This document shows positions 19,881 to 29,563 of a DNA stretch of 64,000 nucleotides, one piece after another. The notes under the pieces were generated by a model. The model was not told the DNA's origin, did not search any database, and worked only from the letters and a program-made list of their open reading frames with translations. The position numbers and the translations under genes are program-made. Numbering within the stretch: the stretch's first letter is position 1; every line of letters starts with the position of its first letter. Source of the DNA: a virus; the IMG/VR virus record IMGVR_UViG_3300000976_000009, positions 237,151 to 301,150 of that record. One strand, 5' to 3'.

Positions 19881-20777
19881 ATGAGTATGAGACCATTGGT
19901 TATCACTGAGAGGATAACAAAGAGAGAGACCGAATCTTTTAAGAAATATCTACAAGAGGTAGACAGCATTCCAAGAATCTCACCAGATGAGGAATTTGAG
20001 ATATCAATAAAAGCACACGGTGGTGATGAGGAAGCACGTAATGAATTAGTTAGAGCGAATCTAAGATTTGTTATTAGTGTTGCAAAACAATATGCAAATA
20101 ACAAGGTTAGTCTTGAAGACCTTGTGAATGAAGGTAATGTTGGACTAATTGAAGCTTCTAAAAGATTCGACCCATCAACTGGATTTAAGTTTATATCATA
20201 TGCAGTATGGTGGATTAGACGTTGTATTATGGAATTCTTAACAAAGTGTTCTAGAACAATCAGAATCCCAAGTAATCAAGCTGCTAATATAACTAAGTTA
20301 ACCGATATTATTGGTGAATTAGAGCAGAGCTTAGAACGTAAGGCTACTCATGATGAAATCATGTCTTATCAAGCAATCATTGATGGTGCTTTTAGTGAGA
20401 AAGATATTAAGTTTTTTACTAATATTTCAGTCACAAATACTGCATCATTAGATAAGCCATTTGGTGATGATAGTGATGCGAGCACATTAATGGAAACTAT
20501 TGAATCAAATATGTTTGAGGCTACAGATGAAAAGGTGAATAGAGAAGGTGATAAGCTTAATGCAGACATCCTAATCAATTTACTTTCAAAACCAATGCAA
20601 AGACATGTAATCACTAGATTGTTCGGATTAGATGGTGATGAAACACAAGATTTGAGACAAATTGCTGATGACCTTAGTATATCTCGTGAGAGGGCTAGGC
20701 AAATCAAAGATACGGCACTTAGAATTCTAAAAGAGAAAAGTAGCCGTAATCAACTTAAATGGATGTTAACAAAATGA
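19881..20777 (+). CDS. RpoD/SigA-family sigma-70 factor lacking region 1.1 (Bacteroidetes primary-sigma-like)
   Basis: KYLQEV, ANLRFVISVAKQY, DLVNEGNVGL, GFKFISYAVWWIR, RTIRIP and SRERARQI motifs. Confidence 0.93.
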   Translation: MSMRPLVITERITKRETESFKKYLQEVDSIPRISPDEEFEISIKAHGGDEEARNELVRANLRFVISVAKQYANNKVSLEDLVNEGNVGLIEASKRFDPSTGFKFISYAVWWIRRCIMEFLTKCSRTIRIPSNQAANITKLTDIIGELEQSLERKATHDEIMSYQAIIDGAFSEKDIKFFTNISVTNTASLDKPFGDDSDASTLMETIESNMFEATDEKVNREGDKLNADILINLLSKPMQRHVITRLFGLDGDETQDLRQIADDLSISRERARQIKDTALRILKEKSSRNQLKWMLTK

Positions 20778-21313
20778 TAACAAGATTCTATGATGAAAGG
20801 GCACGATTGAAATATTGTGTCAGATTATTAAACACTAGATATGCACTAATTGAAAGAACCTATATGGGTACTTCTTATAGTGAGTGGAAGACTCGTGGGT
20901 ATCATAGTGAAGAAGATGGTGCCAATTCATTACTTAGACAAATTAAGGATAAATATACTTATGAGTTTAATGAACAAGGTGAACAAATTTATTGTAAAAA
21001 TAATGAAAATGGTAGTTGGTTCAGAAAAACTTTTGATGGATTTGGTAATTGGGTTGGATTCGAAAGGTCATCTGGTATTTCTAAATCTTTTGGTAATGAT
21101 TATAGTTATGATATTAGATTTTGGAAAATAACTTATAAGAATGGTATCTTAATGACATATGAGGATTCAGATGGTAATTGGTGGGATAAGAATGTCCTAC
21201 CAATGGATTCACCACCATATGAACCAATTCGAATTGGTAATGGTAACCAATTATGGTTTCCAGAACCACCAAATGAAGGTACACAATTAAAATTAGATTT
21301 AGAATTTTCTTAA
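20774..21313 (+). CDS. Hypothetical repeat protein
   Basis: YEDSDGNWWD motif shared with 14075. Confidence 0.6.
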   Translation: MITRFYDERARLKYCVRLLNTRYALIERTYMGTSYSEWKTRGYHSEEDGANSLLRQIKDKYTYEFNEQGEQIYCKNNENGSWFRKTFDGFGNWVGFERSSGISKSFGNDYSYDIRFWKITYKNGILMTYEDSDGNWWDKNVLPMDSPPYEPIRIGNGNQLWFPEPPNEGTQLKLDLEFS

Positions 21314-21354
21314 AATATTCTTTACATTGAAGGTGCTTAAAGTATCTTCTTTGT

Positions 21355-21648
21355 ATGAATAATACTATTAAAGAATTAGTACATCAATATCTAGATAACA
21401 CATATAAATTAGAAATTGCAACACTTTCTGATTATATGGTGATATTAAAATTTAGTAATAGGCGTGTTCCTATTACTACAATGTATGAAGATATTATTGA
21501 AATATTTAATCTTCATCCATACAACTGTCGTGAGTATTTTAATACATGGATTGATTCAGCTTCATTAAAGTTAAACAATGATTCAGTTGATGACTTATAT
21601 GAAAAATATGCTAAATCTAGGGGTTTAACAATTTTACATAATGGATAA
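21355..21648 (+). CDS. Hypothetical protein (paralog family)
   Basis: ELVHQYLDNTY...IIEIF...W. Confidence 0.65.
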   Translation: MNNTIKELVHQYLDNTYKLEIATLSDYMVILKFSNRRVPITTMYEDIIEIFNLHPYNCREYFNTWIDSASLKLNNDSVDDLYEKYAKSRGLTILHNG

Positions 21649-21961
21649 GGATATGTTTGATATAGTATATCGTTATTTAGATGTTGAGTACAATATAAAT
21701 TTCCCAAACCTTGAAGGGTTATATGATTCTAGGAACTCGATTCAAAAAGATAAAATAATTACATCTAGTTCTGGTGAAGAACAATTGTCTGAATTAATCT
21801 TAGAAATTGAACTTGGATTTAATATTTCCAGAGATGATGCCTTTTGGGTAATGCATGATTGGTTAATTACTAAAATAAATAAACACATTAATAGTGGTGG
21901 TAATGATGTTGCTGAATCTAATTTAAAATATTTACTTGGGTGGTTCACTCAAATGGTATAA
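21641..21961 (+). CDS. Hypothetical protein (paralog family)
   Basis: DIVYRYLDVEY...LGF...DWL. Confidence 0.65.
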   Translation: MDKDMFDIVYRYLDVEYNINFPNLEGLYDSRNSIQKDKIITSSSGEEQLSELILEIELGFNISRDDAFWVMHDWLITKINKHINSGGNDVAESNLKYLLGWFTQMV

Positions 21962-22059
21962 TCACAGGTACACATTTGTGTATACAGTCTTTTTTCATTG
22001 TAGTTTTGGTTGTATTTTATTAAGTTTCTATATATTTATAGTATATAAGAATTGAAGTT

Positions 22060-22389
22060 ATGAAAGATTTTATAAAGAATAAATTAGCAGAGGCAAGAGA
22101 CTCTAAACCTAAAGAGACTGAGGCACCAGATAGTGGTGGGTCTCAATATGATAAGATTCAAGCATTACTTGGTAATGAAATCTTTAATCATTCTGAAATA
22201 ATCAGAAAACTTTGGAAGAAGGATGATGCAACTGCTAGGTCTCTTTTTAAAAAGAAACTTGATAGAGCAACCAATGATACTGGAAGTGTCTATTCTTTTG
22301 ATGAAGGTGAACTAACCAGAATCGCAACAATACTTATGAACACCTCTACCGAGATACGTAAACAAATTGGTAAACAAGGTAAAGGGTAA
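22060..22389 (+). CDS. Hypothetical protein, possibly late-expressed
   Basis: Preceded by ATATTTAT motif rather than TAnnTTTG; followed by a terminator. Confidence 0.7.
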   Translation: MKDFIKNKLAEARDSKPKETEAPDSGGSQYDKIQALLGNEIFNHSEIIRKLWKKDDATARSLFKKKLDRATNDTGSVYSFDEGELTRIATILMNTSTEIRKQIGKQGKG

Positions 22390-22402
22390 ACACATTAATA
22401 AT

Positions 22403-22428
22403 AAAGCTTCCACAAGGAGGCTTTTTTT
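22403..22428 (+). terminator. Intrinsic terminator
   Basis: AAAGCTTCC-ACAA-GGAGGCTTTTTTT. Confidence 0.8.
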
Positions 22429-22519
22429 GTGTAATACCATTACACAAAAGCGTAACCTACAAAGGTATGAATTATTTGTGTGAATTCCTAATTTATTATA
22501 AATTATTTTACTTAAGTTA

Positions 22520-22864
22520 TTAACAATCGCTATGTTCTTCACAATGGCAATTAGCACACAGTAAGATACATTTAGTTAATTCCTCTTTCATTCTCACCCA
22601 ACTAATGTCTTTAAATTTTTTATTATAAAAATCTTTATCCTTTTCTTTTGGGTCAATGTGATGGAATTGTAATGCTCCGTAACACTTATCATATCCACAA
22701 TGTTGACAACAACCACCCATATGTTCAATGGCTCTAATCCTTTTATTTTGTCTATGTCTAACAACATTATTACTCCTACATTCTTTACAAATCCATTTAC
22801 CTTGTGAATTCAATAAATATTCAGTTTCACCATGTTTTTTACACTCTTTAATTTTTGTTTCCAT
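22520..22864 (-). CDS. HNH endonuclease (zinc-binding)
   Basis: CKKHG, CKEC, GGCCQHCGY, LQFHHIDP and LLCANCH motifs. Confidence 0.88.
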   Translation of the reverse strand: METKIKECKKHGETEYLLNSQGKWICKECRSNNVVRHRQNKRIRAIEHMGGCCQHCGYDKCYGALQFHHIDPKEKDKDFYNKKFKDISWVRMKEELTKCILLCANCHCEEHSDC

Positions 22865-22959
22865 ATTAATAAATATATGGTTATTACAAAAAGTGTTAAT
22901 AACTTTCACGATTAGGTATATTTCTCCCTATTCAAAAATATCATATTTTCAAACAGCAT

Positions 22960-23058
22960 AATTTTGTGGAACGCACAAAACCCCATACTAGGCTAATACC
23001 TTGCATGAGGTTACATCATTGTTTTGTGGTCTATGGTTAGTAGACCTAGTTTATTGGT
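22960..23058 (-). ncRNA. Putative structured minus-strand leader/small RNA
   Basis: Minus-strand promoter at 23064-23095; ACTAGG/CCTAGT, GGTCTA/TAGACC and ACCT/AGGT stems; alternative CACAAAA pairings. Confidence 0.4.
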
Positions 23059-23183
23059 TTGGTACAAATATAAGTATAATAATTCATTCCACCAAATAAA
23101 ATATGAAAATAAAGTTTTTTTAATAAATTAGGAATAACCAAATAAATATATTATATTTGCTATATCATTAAAAACCAACTCTT

Positions 23184-23867
23184 ATGATTAAAGATAGAGC
23201 ATTAAAAGCTTTAAATTTAGAGCAATACAAAGACACTAATAGACCAGAATGGGTCGGGGAGATAGATTTGAAGCTACCTAGTGAAAGGCAATACATATTA
23301 CGTATGCTAATTAAAAGACCGTTTGGTGAGTGTAAATTACCCAAAGAATTGGAATGGTGTAAGCCAATGGTTGATAAAGCTTTTAATACTCAATTAAAAA
23401 TGGGTATAAGACAACCATTTTGTTATCTAACAATAAGGAATGGGTTGGTTGATAGTGAAACTGATGACGAATGGCACGTTGATGGTTTTAGTCAGACAAT
23501 TACACATTTACCAGAACAAAATTATATTTGGGTAGATAATAATCCTACTGAGTTTATTGTTAAAGAAATTGATATTCCATACGATTTCGATTCTTCTAAA
23601 CACAACATTCATTATTTTATTGATGATAACATAACAGAAAATGATGTTGTTAAAACAATGAATGAGAAGACAATTTATTGTTTAGACCCATATGTTATTC
23701 ATAGGAGACCTAAATTGACAAAAGGCACACAAAGATGTTTTATTAGGGTGTCCTTTACTCCAATTGAGATTGAAGATTGTAATAACACAATTAACCCATT
23801 GATTTCAACAAACTATAAGAGAGATGGTGTTAAGTCATTTAGAAAAAACTTAATTCAATATAAATAA
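23184..23867 (+). CDS. 2OG-Fe(II) oxygenase-like protein
   Basis: WHVDG (HxD), distal IHR and RCFIR motifs. Confidence 0.65.
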   Translation: MIKDRALKALNLEQYKDTNRPEWVGEIDLKLPSERQYILRMLIKRPFGECKLPKELEWCKPMVDKAFNTQLKMGIRQPFCYLTIRNGLVDSETDDEWHVDGFSQTITHLPEQNYIWVDNNPTEFIVKEIDIPYDFDSSKHNIHYFIDDNITENDVVKTMNEKTIYCLDPYVIHRRPKLTKGTQRCFIRVSFTPIEIEDCNNTINPLISTNYKRDGVKSFRKNLIQYK

Positions 23868-23878
23868 TTGATAAATTA

Positions 23879-23931
23879 TTTGGTCAATCCAAATAAATGT
23901 ATTATATTTGTATCAGTCATTAATTAAAACC
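23879..23931 (+). promoter_or_regulatory. Early promoter plus conserved class-1 leader GTCATTAATTAAAACC
   Basis: TTTG-N20-TATATTTG; same leader at 31767, 44640 and 47049, with variants at 33199, 41625 and ~52932. Confidence 0.85.
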
Positions 23932-23938
23932 AAATATT

Positions 23939-24400
23939 ATGAGAGGAATGTCAGAAGCTAATAAAGCAAATTACAAGAGTAAATGTCAAAAGATTAAAGT
24001 AGTTGTTTATGATATGGATAAAGTAGTTGCTGATTTAACAAAGCAACTAAATGAAATGCCAGAACATAAAGATAAAGAATTTCAACTTAGAGATAACAAA
24101 TTAGCTCGTGTTGTTGGTCAAGATATGATTACTGACAATGAGTGTTGTTATTATGATAAGATTGATAAAGGCTTTGAACTTGATGTATACCGTAAGTCTA
24201 AAGAAAAGGTTGACCCAGAAACTGGGAAAAAAACTACTTCATTTTATATGTACCCAACTTGTACAGTAACACTTTCTGAGTCAGATTTGAAAGAGTACAT
24301 TAAAGAAGAAACAACATTAGATGTTTTTATGGGTAGTAGATTTATTTACAACCAAAGAATTGTTGGGAATATTGATTTCATGATTTCAAACATTAAATAA
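23939..24400 (+). CDS. Hypothetical early protein
   Basis: ORF following promoter and leader. Confidence 0.75.
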   Translation: MRGMSEANKANYKSKCQKIKVVVYDMDKVVADLTKQLNEMPEHKDKEFQLRDNKLARVVGQDMITDNECCYYDKIDKGFELDVYRKSKEKVDPETGKKTTSFYMYPTCTVTLSESDLKEYIKEETTLDVFMGSRFIYNQRIVGNIDFMISNIK

Positions 24401-24401
24401 G

Positions 24402-25331
24402 ATGGGAATATTTGAAGGATTTAATTTATTTAAAAAACGTAATTTGGAATCTGAATATATGCCAGATTCAAAAGATATTGATTTTTTAAATAAGGTTGTA
24501 AAGTTTAATAAGAAAAAAGACCTTAGTACAGAAAACCTTGATAGGTTAGCTGAAATAGAAGGTAATGTGAATGAAATATTAGAATATAATTCTAATATTT
24601 ATGACGAATTTGATTGTAAAGATGATGATTATCGTCTAATTAGATTACCAGATACAATAACTGATTTACTTAAAGAAGCACAAGATTCAGTTGGTGTTTT
24701 AATTGAAGGTGGTGTTAGGAATTACCGAAAGAAAATGATTGTTGAGGGGATGTCTAGGTCACCATTTCATAATTTCGTTAATAGTCAGTCTGAATTAATG
24801 TTGTATTTTCCAGAAGACTATAACCGAAAGCTTAAACCAAAAGGCAATTGGATTATGATTACTGAGGACATTGCTGTAGTATCTGCACCAAAAAAATATG
24901 ATATACATTTTGCTACCCCAGTAGCAAAAGACTGTATTGCATTTGGTTATAAGGTAAAGAGATGGTATGCTAGTATTCTCGTTAATAATAAAGAAGTTTT
25001 AATTGAACCTAGAGAATATACACCAATTTATGATGCTAATGCATTATTACAAGCTGTTGATAAAGGTATTACATTAGTTGAGGGTTCAAGTTCAGCTAGA
25101 TTAGATAAAAATAAAGTATTTTATTTGAAGTCTAGAGGATTCTCCCAAACTGAAATATACCAAATTCTATTTAAGTCAATTACTAATAAAGGGTTTTGTC
25201 ACTTTAGATGTGACCCAGAGTATGCAAATGCATTTGATAGGGTGAAAATGGGTTTCAAACCAGAATTAGCTTTTAAGATTGAAGAGCATTTAAATAATTT
25301 ACCAAACTTCAAATTTCAAAAACCATGTTAA
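24402..25331 (+). CDS. Protein carrying a SufB/SufD-like C-terminal helical motif on an unrelated body
   Basis: GSSSARLDKNKVFYLKSRGFS resembles the SufB/D ..G.lD...lFYL.SRG. motif; adjacent to sufC. Confidence 0.6.
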   Translation: MGIFEGFNLFKKRNLESEYMPDSKDIDFLNKVVKFNKKKDLSTENLDRLAEIEGNVNEILEYNSNIYDEFDCKDDDYRLIRLPDTITDLLKEAQDSVGVLIEGGVRNYRKKMIVEGMSRSPFHNFVNSQSELMLYFPEDYNRKLKPKGNWIMITEDIAVVSAPKKYDIHFATPVAKDCIAFGYKVKRWYASILVNNKEVLIEPREYTPIYDANALLQAVDKGITLVEGSSSARLDKNKVFYLKSRGFSQTEIYQILFKSITNKGFCHFRCDPEYANAFDRVKMGFKPELAFKIEEHLNNLPNFKFQKPC

Positions 25332-26053
25332 GTATAAAAAATTTACATACTAGTGTTAAAAAAGAAGCCATTTTAAAAGGCATTGACCTTGAAGTTGGTG
25401 GTGGAGAAGTTCATGCAATTATGGGAAAAAATGGTTGTGGTAAGTCAACACTACTTAGTTCAATTATGGGTTCTGAAATATACAAGACTAAAGGTAGTAT
25501 AGTATTTAATGGTGATGAAATACAAAATATGGATACAACATTAAGAGCTAGGCAAGGTATTTTTCTAACATTTCAAACCCCATATGAGTTTTTTGAAGCT
25601 AGAACTATTGATATTCTAACTAGAGTATGGAATATTAATAAAAAAACAAAAGGAACACCAGAAGAATTTTACGAAGCCCATAAAGATTTATTAACTCTTT
25701 TGGATATTGATATGGAAATGCTAAAACGTGAATTTAATGTTGGGTTTTCTGGTGGGCAGCGTAAACGATTAGAAGTTTTACAACTACTTTTGACTGAACC
25801 TAAATTAATTCTACTAGATGAGATTGATACTGGGCTAGATGTTGATAGTGTAATTGCCATTGGTAAGACACTAGCGAAGTACCAAAAAGAAAAGAATGCA
25901 ACAGTTCTAATTGTCACCCATTTGTCTACATTCCTAAAATACTTAGCACCAGATAAAGTTCATGTGATTGATGATGGAAAAGTTGTTAAGTCGGGAGATG
26001 GAACGTTAGCAAAAAAGATTACAGAAGAAGGTTATTCATTTATATTGAAATAA
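25325..26053 (+). CDS. sufC: SufC-type ABC ATPase
   Basis: GEVHAIMGKNGCGKSTL, GIFLTFQ.P, NVGFSGGQRKR, LDEIDTGLD, IVTH and PDKVHV motifs. Confidence 0.9.
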   Translation: MLSIKNLHTSVKKEAILKGIDLEVGGGEVHAIMGKNGCGKSTLLSSIMGSEIYKTKGSIVFNGDEIQNMDTTLRARQGIFLTFQTPYEFFEARTIDILTRVWNINKKTKGTPEEFYEAHKDLLTLLDIDMEMLKREFNVGFSGGQRKRLEVLQLLLTEPKLILLDEIDTGLDVDSVIAIGKTLAKYQKEKNATVLIVTHLSTFLKYLAPDKVHVIDDGKVVKSGDGTLAKKITEEGYSFILK

Positions 26054-26139
26054 TGCCTAAGAAAGTGGTACATGAGATTGATGAGACAATAACATTTGCC
26101 TTACCAATTTACCCCCAACAATAATAAAATAACTTGAAA

Positions 26140-26341
26140 CTGAATTTAAAAAACGTGAAGCTAAAATTAAAGCCGATTAGTAGCTGAACTCTTTTTAGAA
26201 AATTATTCAGAAGAGCTACACGTTCATCATATTAACGGCATTATAGATGATAATAGGGTCGATAATTTAGCTTGTATTACACCCGAAGAAAATATGAGAG
26301 CCAGATGTTGGCTCTCATTTAATTTAGAGGTGATTAAATAG
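26140..26341 (+). pseudogene. Degraded HNH endonuclease (HNH_3-type)
   Basis: 26174-26341 reads RLVAELFLENYSEELHVHHINGIIDDNRVDNLACITPEEN; no in-frame start, frameshifted upstream. Confidence 0.8.
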
Positions 26342-26465
26342 TGATGGTTTATCACCCGAAGAAATTTTTATCCAAATTAGAGAAAACTTATGATTTATTT
26401 GGATAATCCAAACCTTTTTTGTATATTTGTAGAATAAATTAATAAAAATACAATTCGATTAAATC

Positions 26466-26843
26466 ATGCACATTTTTTTACCATTATTATTTCTAACACT
26501 AGCCATTTGGGGGGTTGTGTTAGGTATCAAAGGAGCTAACAAAGTCCAAGATGACGATTCAGCACTTAATTCATTACGTAAGAAATATGACCTTATTAGG
26601 AATGAGAACCTATTATCTGTTGATGCATTCAATAGATGGTTCAACGCACCCAAACCAAAACATATTTATGCTCATAGTGGTATTTTTGGTAGAACTGATA
26701 AACTAAGTGGTAGTCATTTTGTTGATTATGTGGCTAGTTTCGGATTACTACCATTAGAAGCACAAGCTTTTTATGATGAAAATTATAAAATATTTGTTAA
26801 ATTCCACAGAGAAGTAGAACAAGATTGGTTAACTAGAAATTAA
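26466..26843 (+). CDS. Hypothetical membrane-anchored protein
   Basis: N-terminal TM; promoter upstream. Confidence 0.65.
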   Translation: MHIFLPLLFLTLAIWGVVLGIKGANKVQDDDSALNSLRKKYDLIRNENLLSVDAFNRWFNAPKPKHIYAHSGIFGRTDKLSGSHFVDYVASFGLLPLEAQAFYDENYKIFVKFHREVEQDWLTRN

Positions 26844-27100
26844 GCGGATGTATAAGGGTAAAGTCGGTCAAATGACAATATTCGGTGAAGTTGAATTTAT
26901 TGATACCGAGACATACACTAAGAAGAATAGTAAACGTGACGAGTACATTTATGTAAGTGGTAAATATAAGGTAGTTGGTAATGAAGATATTATCGATTTA
27001 ACTCTGGAATTCTTCAATAAAGATTTAGCCAGACATAAAATTAATTAAAAAAACGAGACTATTATTTGGTAGTACCATAAATGTTTCTTATATTTGAGAT

Positions 27101-27568
27101 ATGAAATTAAACTTAAAAAACGCACTCATACCTTATAAGGTAGCTATTACAATTTTATTATTAGTAGTATTTGGATTATTGTACATAATTTTATTTAGTG
27201 AATCCAATAAACCGATACTAACCCCAACAGAAAATACTAGGGCAGAATTTAACGATACCACGTTCTTAATGCAAACTAGGTCTGCTGATGCAGTCATAAT
27301 GCAATTTGAGGTTACAGCAAAATTAACTGATGACCGAGATTTATTCAATGTTAAGAACATGATATATGAGGCAAGTATAATGAATAATGTCTTATATTTC
27401 TATAATGCAACAGTTGATGGTACAATAAATGACAAAGTTTGGCTACCCAACGCAACTATTAATAGTATGGCATTCGAACAGATGTTTATGGATTTAGTCG
27501 CTAAGAGAGATTCATTAAATGGATTTCCACTAGTTGGTAGTCAATTACCTGTTAATATTATAAAATAA
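27101..27568 (+). CDS. Hypothetical membrane-anchored protein
   Basis: N-terminal TM; promoter upstream. Confidence 0.7.
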   Translation: MKLNLKNALIPYKVAITILLLVVFGLLYIILFSESNKPILTPTENTRAEFNDTTFLMQTRSADAVIMQFEVTAKLTDDRDLFNVKNMIYEASIMNNVLYFYNATVDGTINDKVWLPNATINSMAFEQMFMDLVAKRDSLNGFPLVGSQLPVNIIK

Positions 27569-27615
27569 ACATGAAAATGTTTGGATAATTAATATATTGT
27601 TTTTATATTTGTACC

Positions 27616-27855
27616 ATGAGCAAGAGTAAGAACCCAAAATATATAGCCGAAGGCAAAAGACGTATGAAAGTACGTAAAGATGCACGTAATGGTAATTACC
27701 GTAAATTATGTGCGGAAGCTAGTGAATTGGGTTGTACCTTAAGTGGTGTTAAATATGGTTATTGGGCTGACCCAAACAGTCCAACAGGTTATTCACAAAA
27801 ATGCTCTTACGAGGCTTATGGTACATGCCAATCACCTTGTAATGGTGATTGCTAA
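27616..27855 (+). CDS. Small Cys-rich protein
   Basis: C-terminal QKC...GTCQSPCNGDC. Confidence 0.65.
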   Translation: MSKSKNPKYIAEGKRRMKVRKDARNGNYRKLCAEASELGCTLSGVKYGYWADPNSPTGYSQKCSYEAYGTCQSPCNGDC

Positions 27856-28024
27856 TAAAATAAATATGACTAATAAATGCCCATTTTTATTACAAACGGC
27901 TAGAGATTATGATATGGAGTATCATGATGTAGAGAGAATTTATAAATTCTGGAATGATGAAGGTCTATTTTATGATAAACTTGAAGAGTTTATTAAAGAC
28001 AGACGTAATTCACATTAATTATAT

Positions 28025-28081
28025 TGCGTGGTAGCTTAGTGGTAGAGCTTTTTGCGAGTGGTTCGATTCCCTCCTACGCAA
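28025..28081 (+). ncRNA. tRNA-like RNA lacking the whole anticodon arm
   Basis: Acceptor TGCGTGG/CTACGCA; D-arm GCTT-AGTGGTA-GAGC; 7-nt linker TTTTTGC; T-loop GGTTCGATTCC; ends A-CTA. Confidence 0.8.
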
Positions 28082-28095
28082 CTAAAAACTAAATT

Positions 28096-28338
28096 ATGAA
28101 ACAATTATTATTTGCTATTTTATTAACATTTGGATTAACAGCGATTGCTCAAGACACAATTAATCTTAGACCAAATACAGAACGTATTGCAATTCTTAAT
28201 GATACTAAAGATACACTTTATGTTGTATCTGAAATGTATGAAATGGTATTGGTTATGTGGGAATACCCAAAATATGATTTGGAACGCCCAACTATTGTTC
28301 CAGTTATTTCATTAACAGCATATAGGAAAGAATATTAA
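28096..28338 (+). CDS. Secreted hypothetical protein
   Basis: Signal peptide ending AIA-Q, as in many Bacteroidetes proteins. Confidence 0.65.
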   Translation: MKQLLFAILLTFGLTAIAQDTINLRPNTERIAILNDTKDTLYVVSEMYEMVLVMWEYPKYDLERPTIVPVISLTAYRKEY

Positions 28339-28814
28339 TGTATCAGCCACAACTAAAACATAAGGCGACTCATGGAGGTTATCGTAAGAAACCAACTAAA
28401 GGACAAGTTAGTAGTTTAATGGATATGTACCAAGCTATAAGTAATATTAAACCAAAGCCTATTAAGAAACAAGTTTTAGTGCAACTAAAGTTGAATTTTT
28501 GATGAAACAATTAAAAGAACTATATAATAATATTAACAAAACTGATAAGTTAAAACTTAATCAAGCATTCAATATGAATGGTTGGGTTGTTATATTAAAT
28601 TATTTTGATGGTAGAATTGAAGTTGGAACTCATACTGATAAGCAATCGATTAATTCAACTAGTTGGAAAGGCTTTAAATTATCTAATATAAGATATGAGG
28701 ACATTGAAGAGTATGTCCATAAATGTACAAAAGGTGAATTGAAAAATAATTCACAAAAAATTCACAGAAGTCAGTATTTATTATTATCTTAGTGGTCAGT
28801 TAAAACATCAAAAT

Positions 28815-29537
28815 ATGATTATGAATCCAAATGAGTTAACACCCTTTAAATTTATATTATGGCGTATTAAAGATGAAATTAGAGAAATAAAGTTACGTTT
28901 AGATAATAAGTCATTTAAGAAAATTGCACCCAAAATTACAAAACCAAAAACAACTGTAGAATGCCTACAACAGTATGCTGAGAAGGTGGTCTTAGATTCA
29001 AATTTAAACCTAGAAAATGTTTTAGTACATAATGAAGGACAATTTGGTTTAGCGGGTCGTTCATATTCAACCATGACTGATACCATGAATGATGGTATTA
29101 AGTATGATTTCGAAACAACCCATGCATTTACACCATATATTATAGTACCCGAAATAACTGGTTGGTGGGAATTTCGAGCTTGGTTACATGAAGTAGGACA
29201 CCACAAGAATAAACATTACCGTGAGGTAATTAAGCCAATCTATATTCAAGAATATGAGGCTGAAATATATTGTATTAAAATGGCTAAATATTGTCCATAT
29301 GTTGATGAAATAATGCTTAAGAAAATTATTGATTCAGCTAAATGTTACTTATTTTCACATATGGAAACAGCTGTGGAAGATGGGGTAATTACAAAGTACA
29401 ATAAGATTCCTAAAAAAGTGCGTAAATTCATTGAAGAGAATACTGATGCTAAAGAAATATTACATAAAAAGTTAGTTGAAAAAGCACAGCGTGATTTGAA
29501 TAATTTTGGTAAAATATATGAGCAAATATTTGTATGA
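28815..29537 (+). CDS. Zincin-like (HExxH) metallopeptidase-like protein
   Basis: WLHEVGH...QEYEAE motif. Confidence 0.6.
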   Translation: MIMNPNELTPFKFILWRIKDEIREIKLRLDNKSFKKIAPKITKPKTTVECLQQYAEKVVLDSNLNLENVLVHNEGQFGLAGRSYSTMTDTMNDGIKYDFETTHAFTPYIIVPEITGWWEFRAWLHEVGHHKNKHYREVIKPIYIQEYEAEIYCIKMAKYCPYVDEIMLKKIIDSAKCYLFSHMETAVEDGVITKYNKIPKKVRKFIEENTDAKEILHKKLVEKAQRDLNNFGKIYEQIFV

Positions 29538-29563
29538 GTAAAAACTGGACGAAAAATTGAGTT

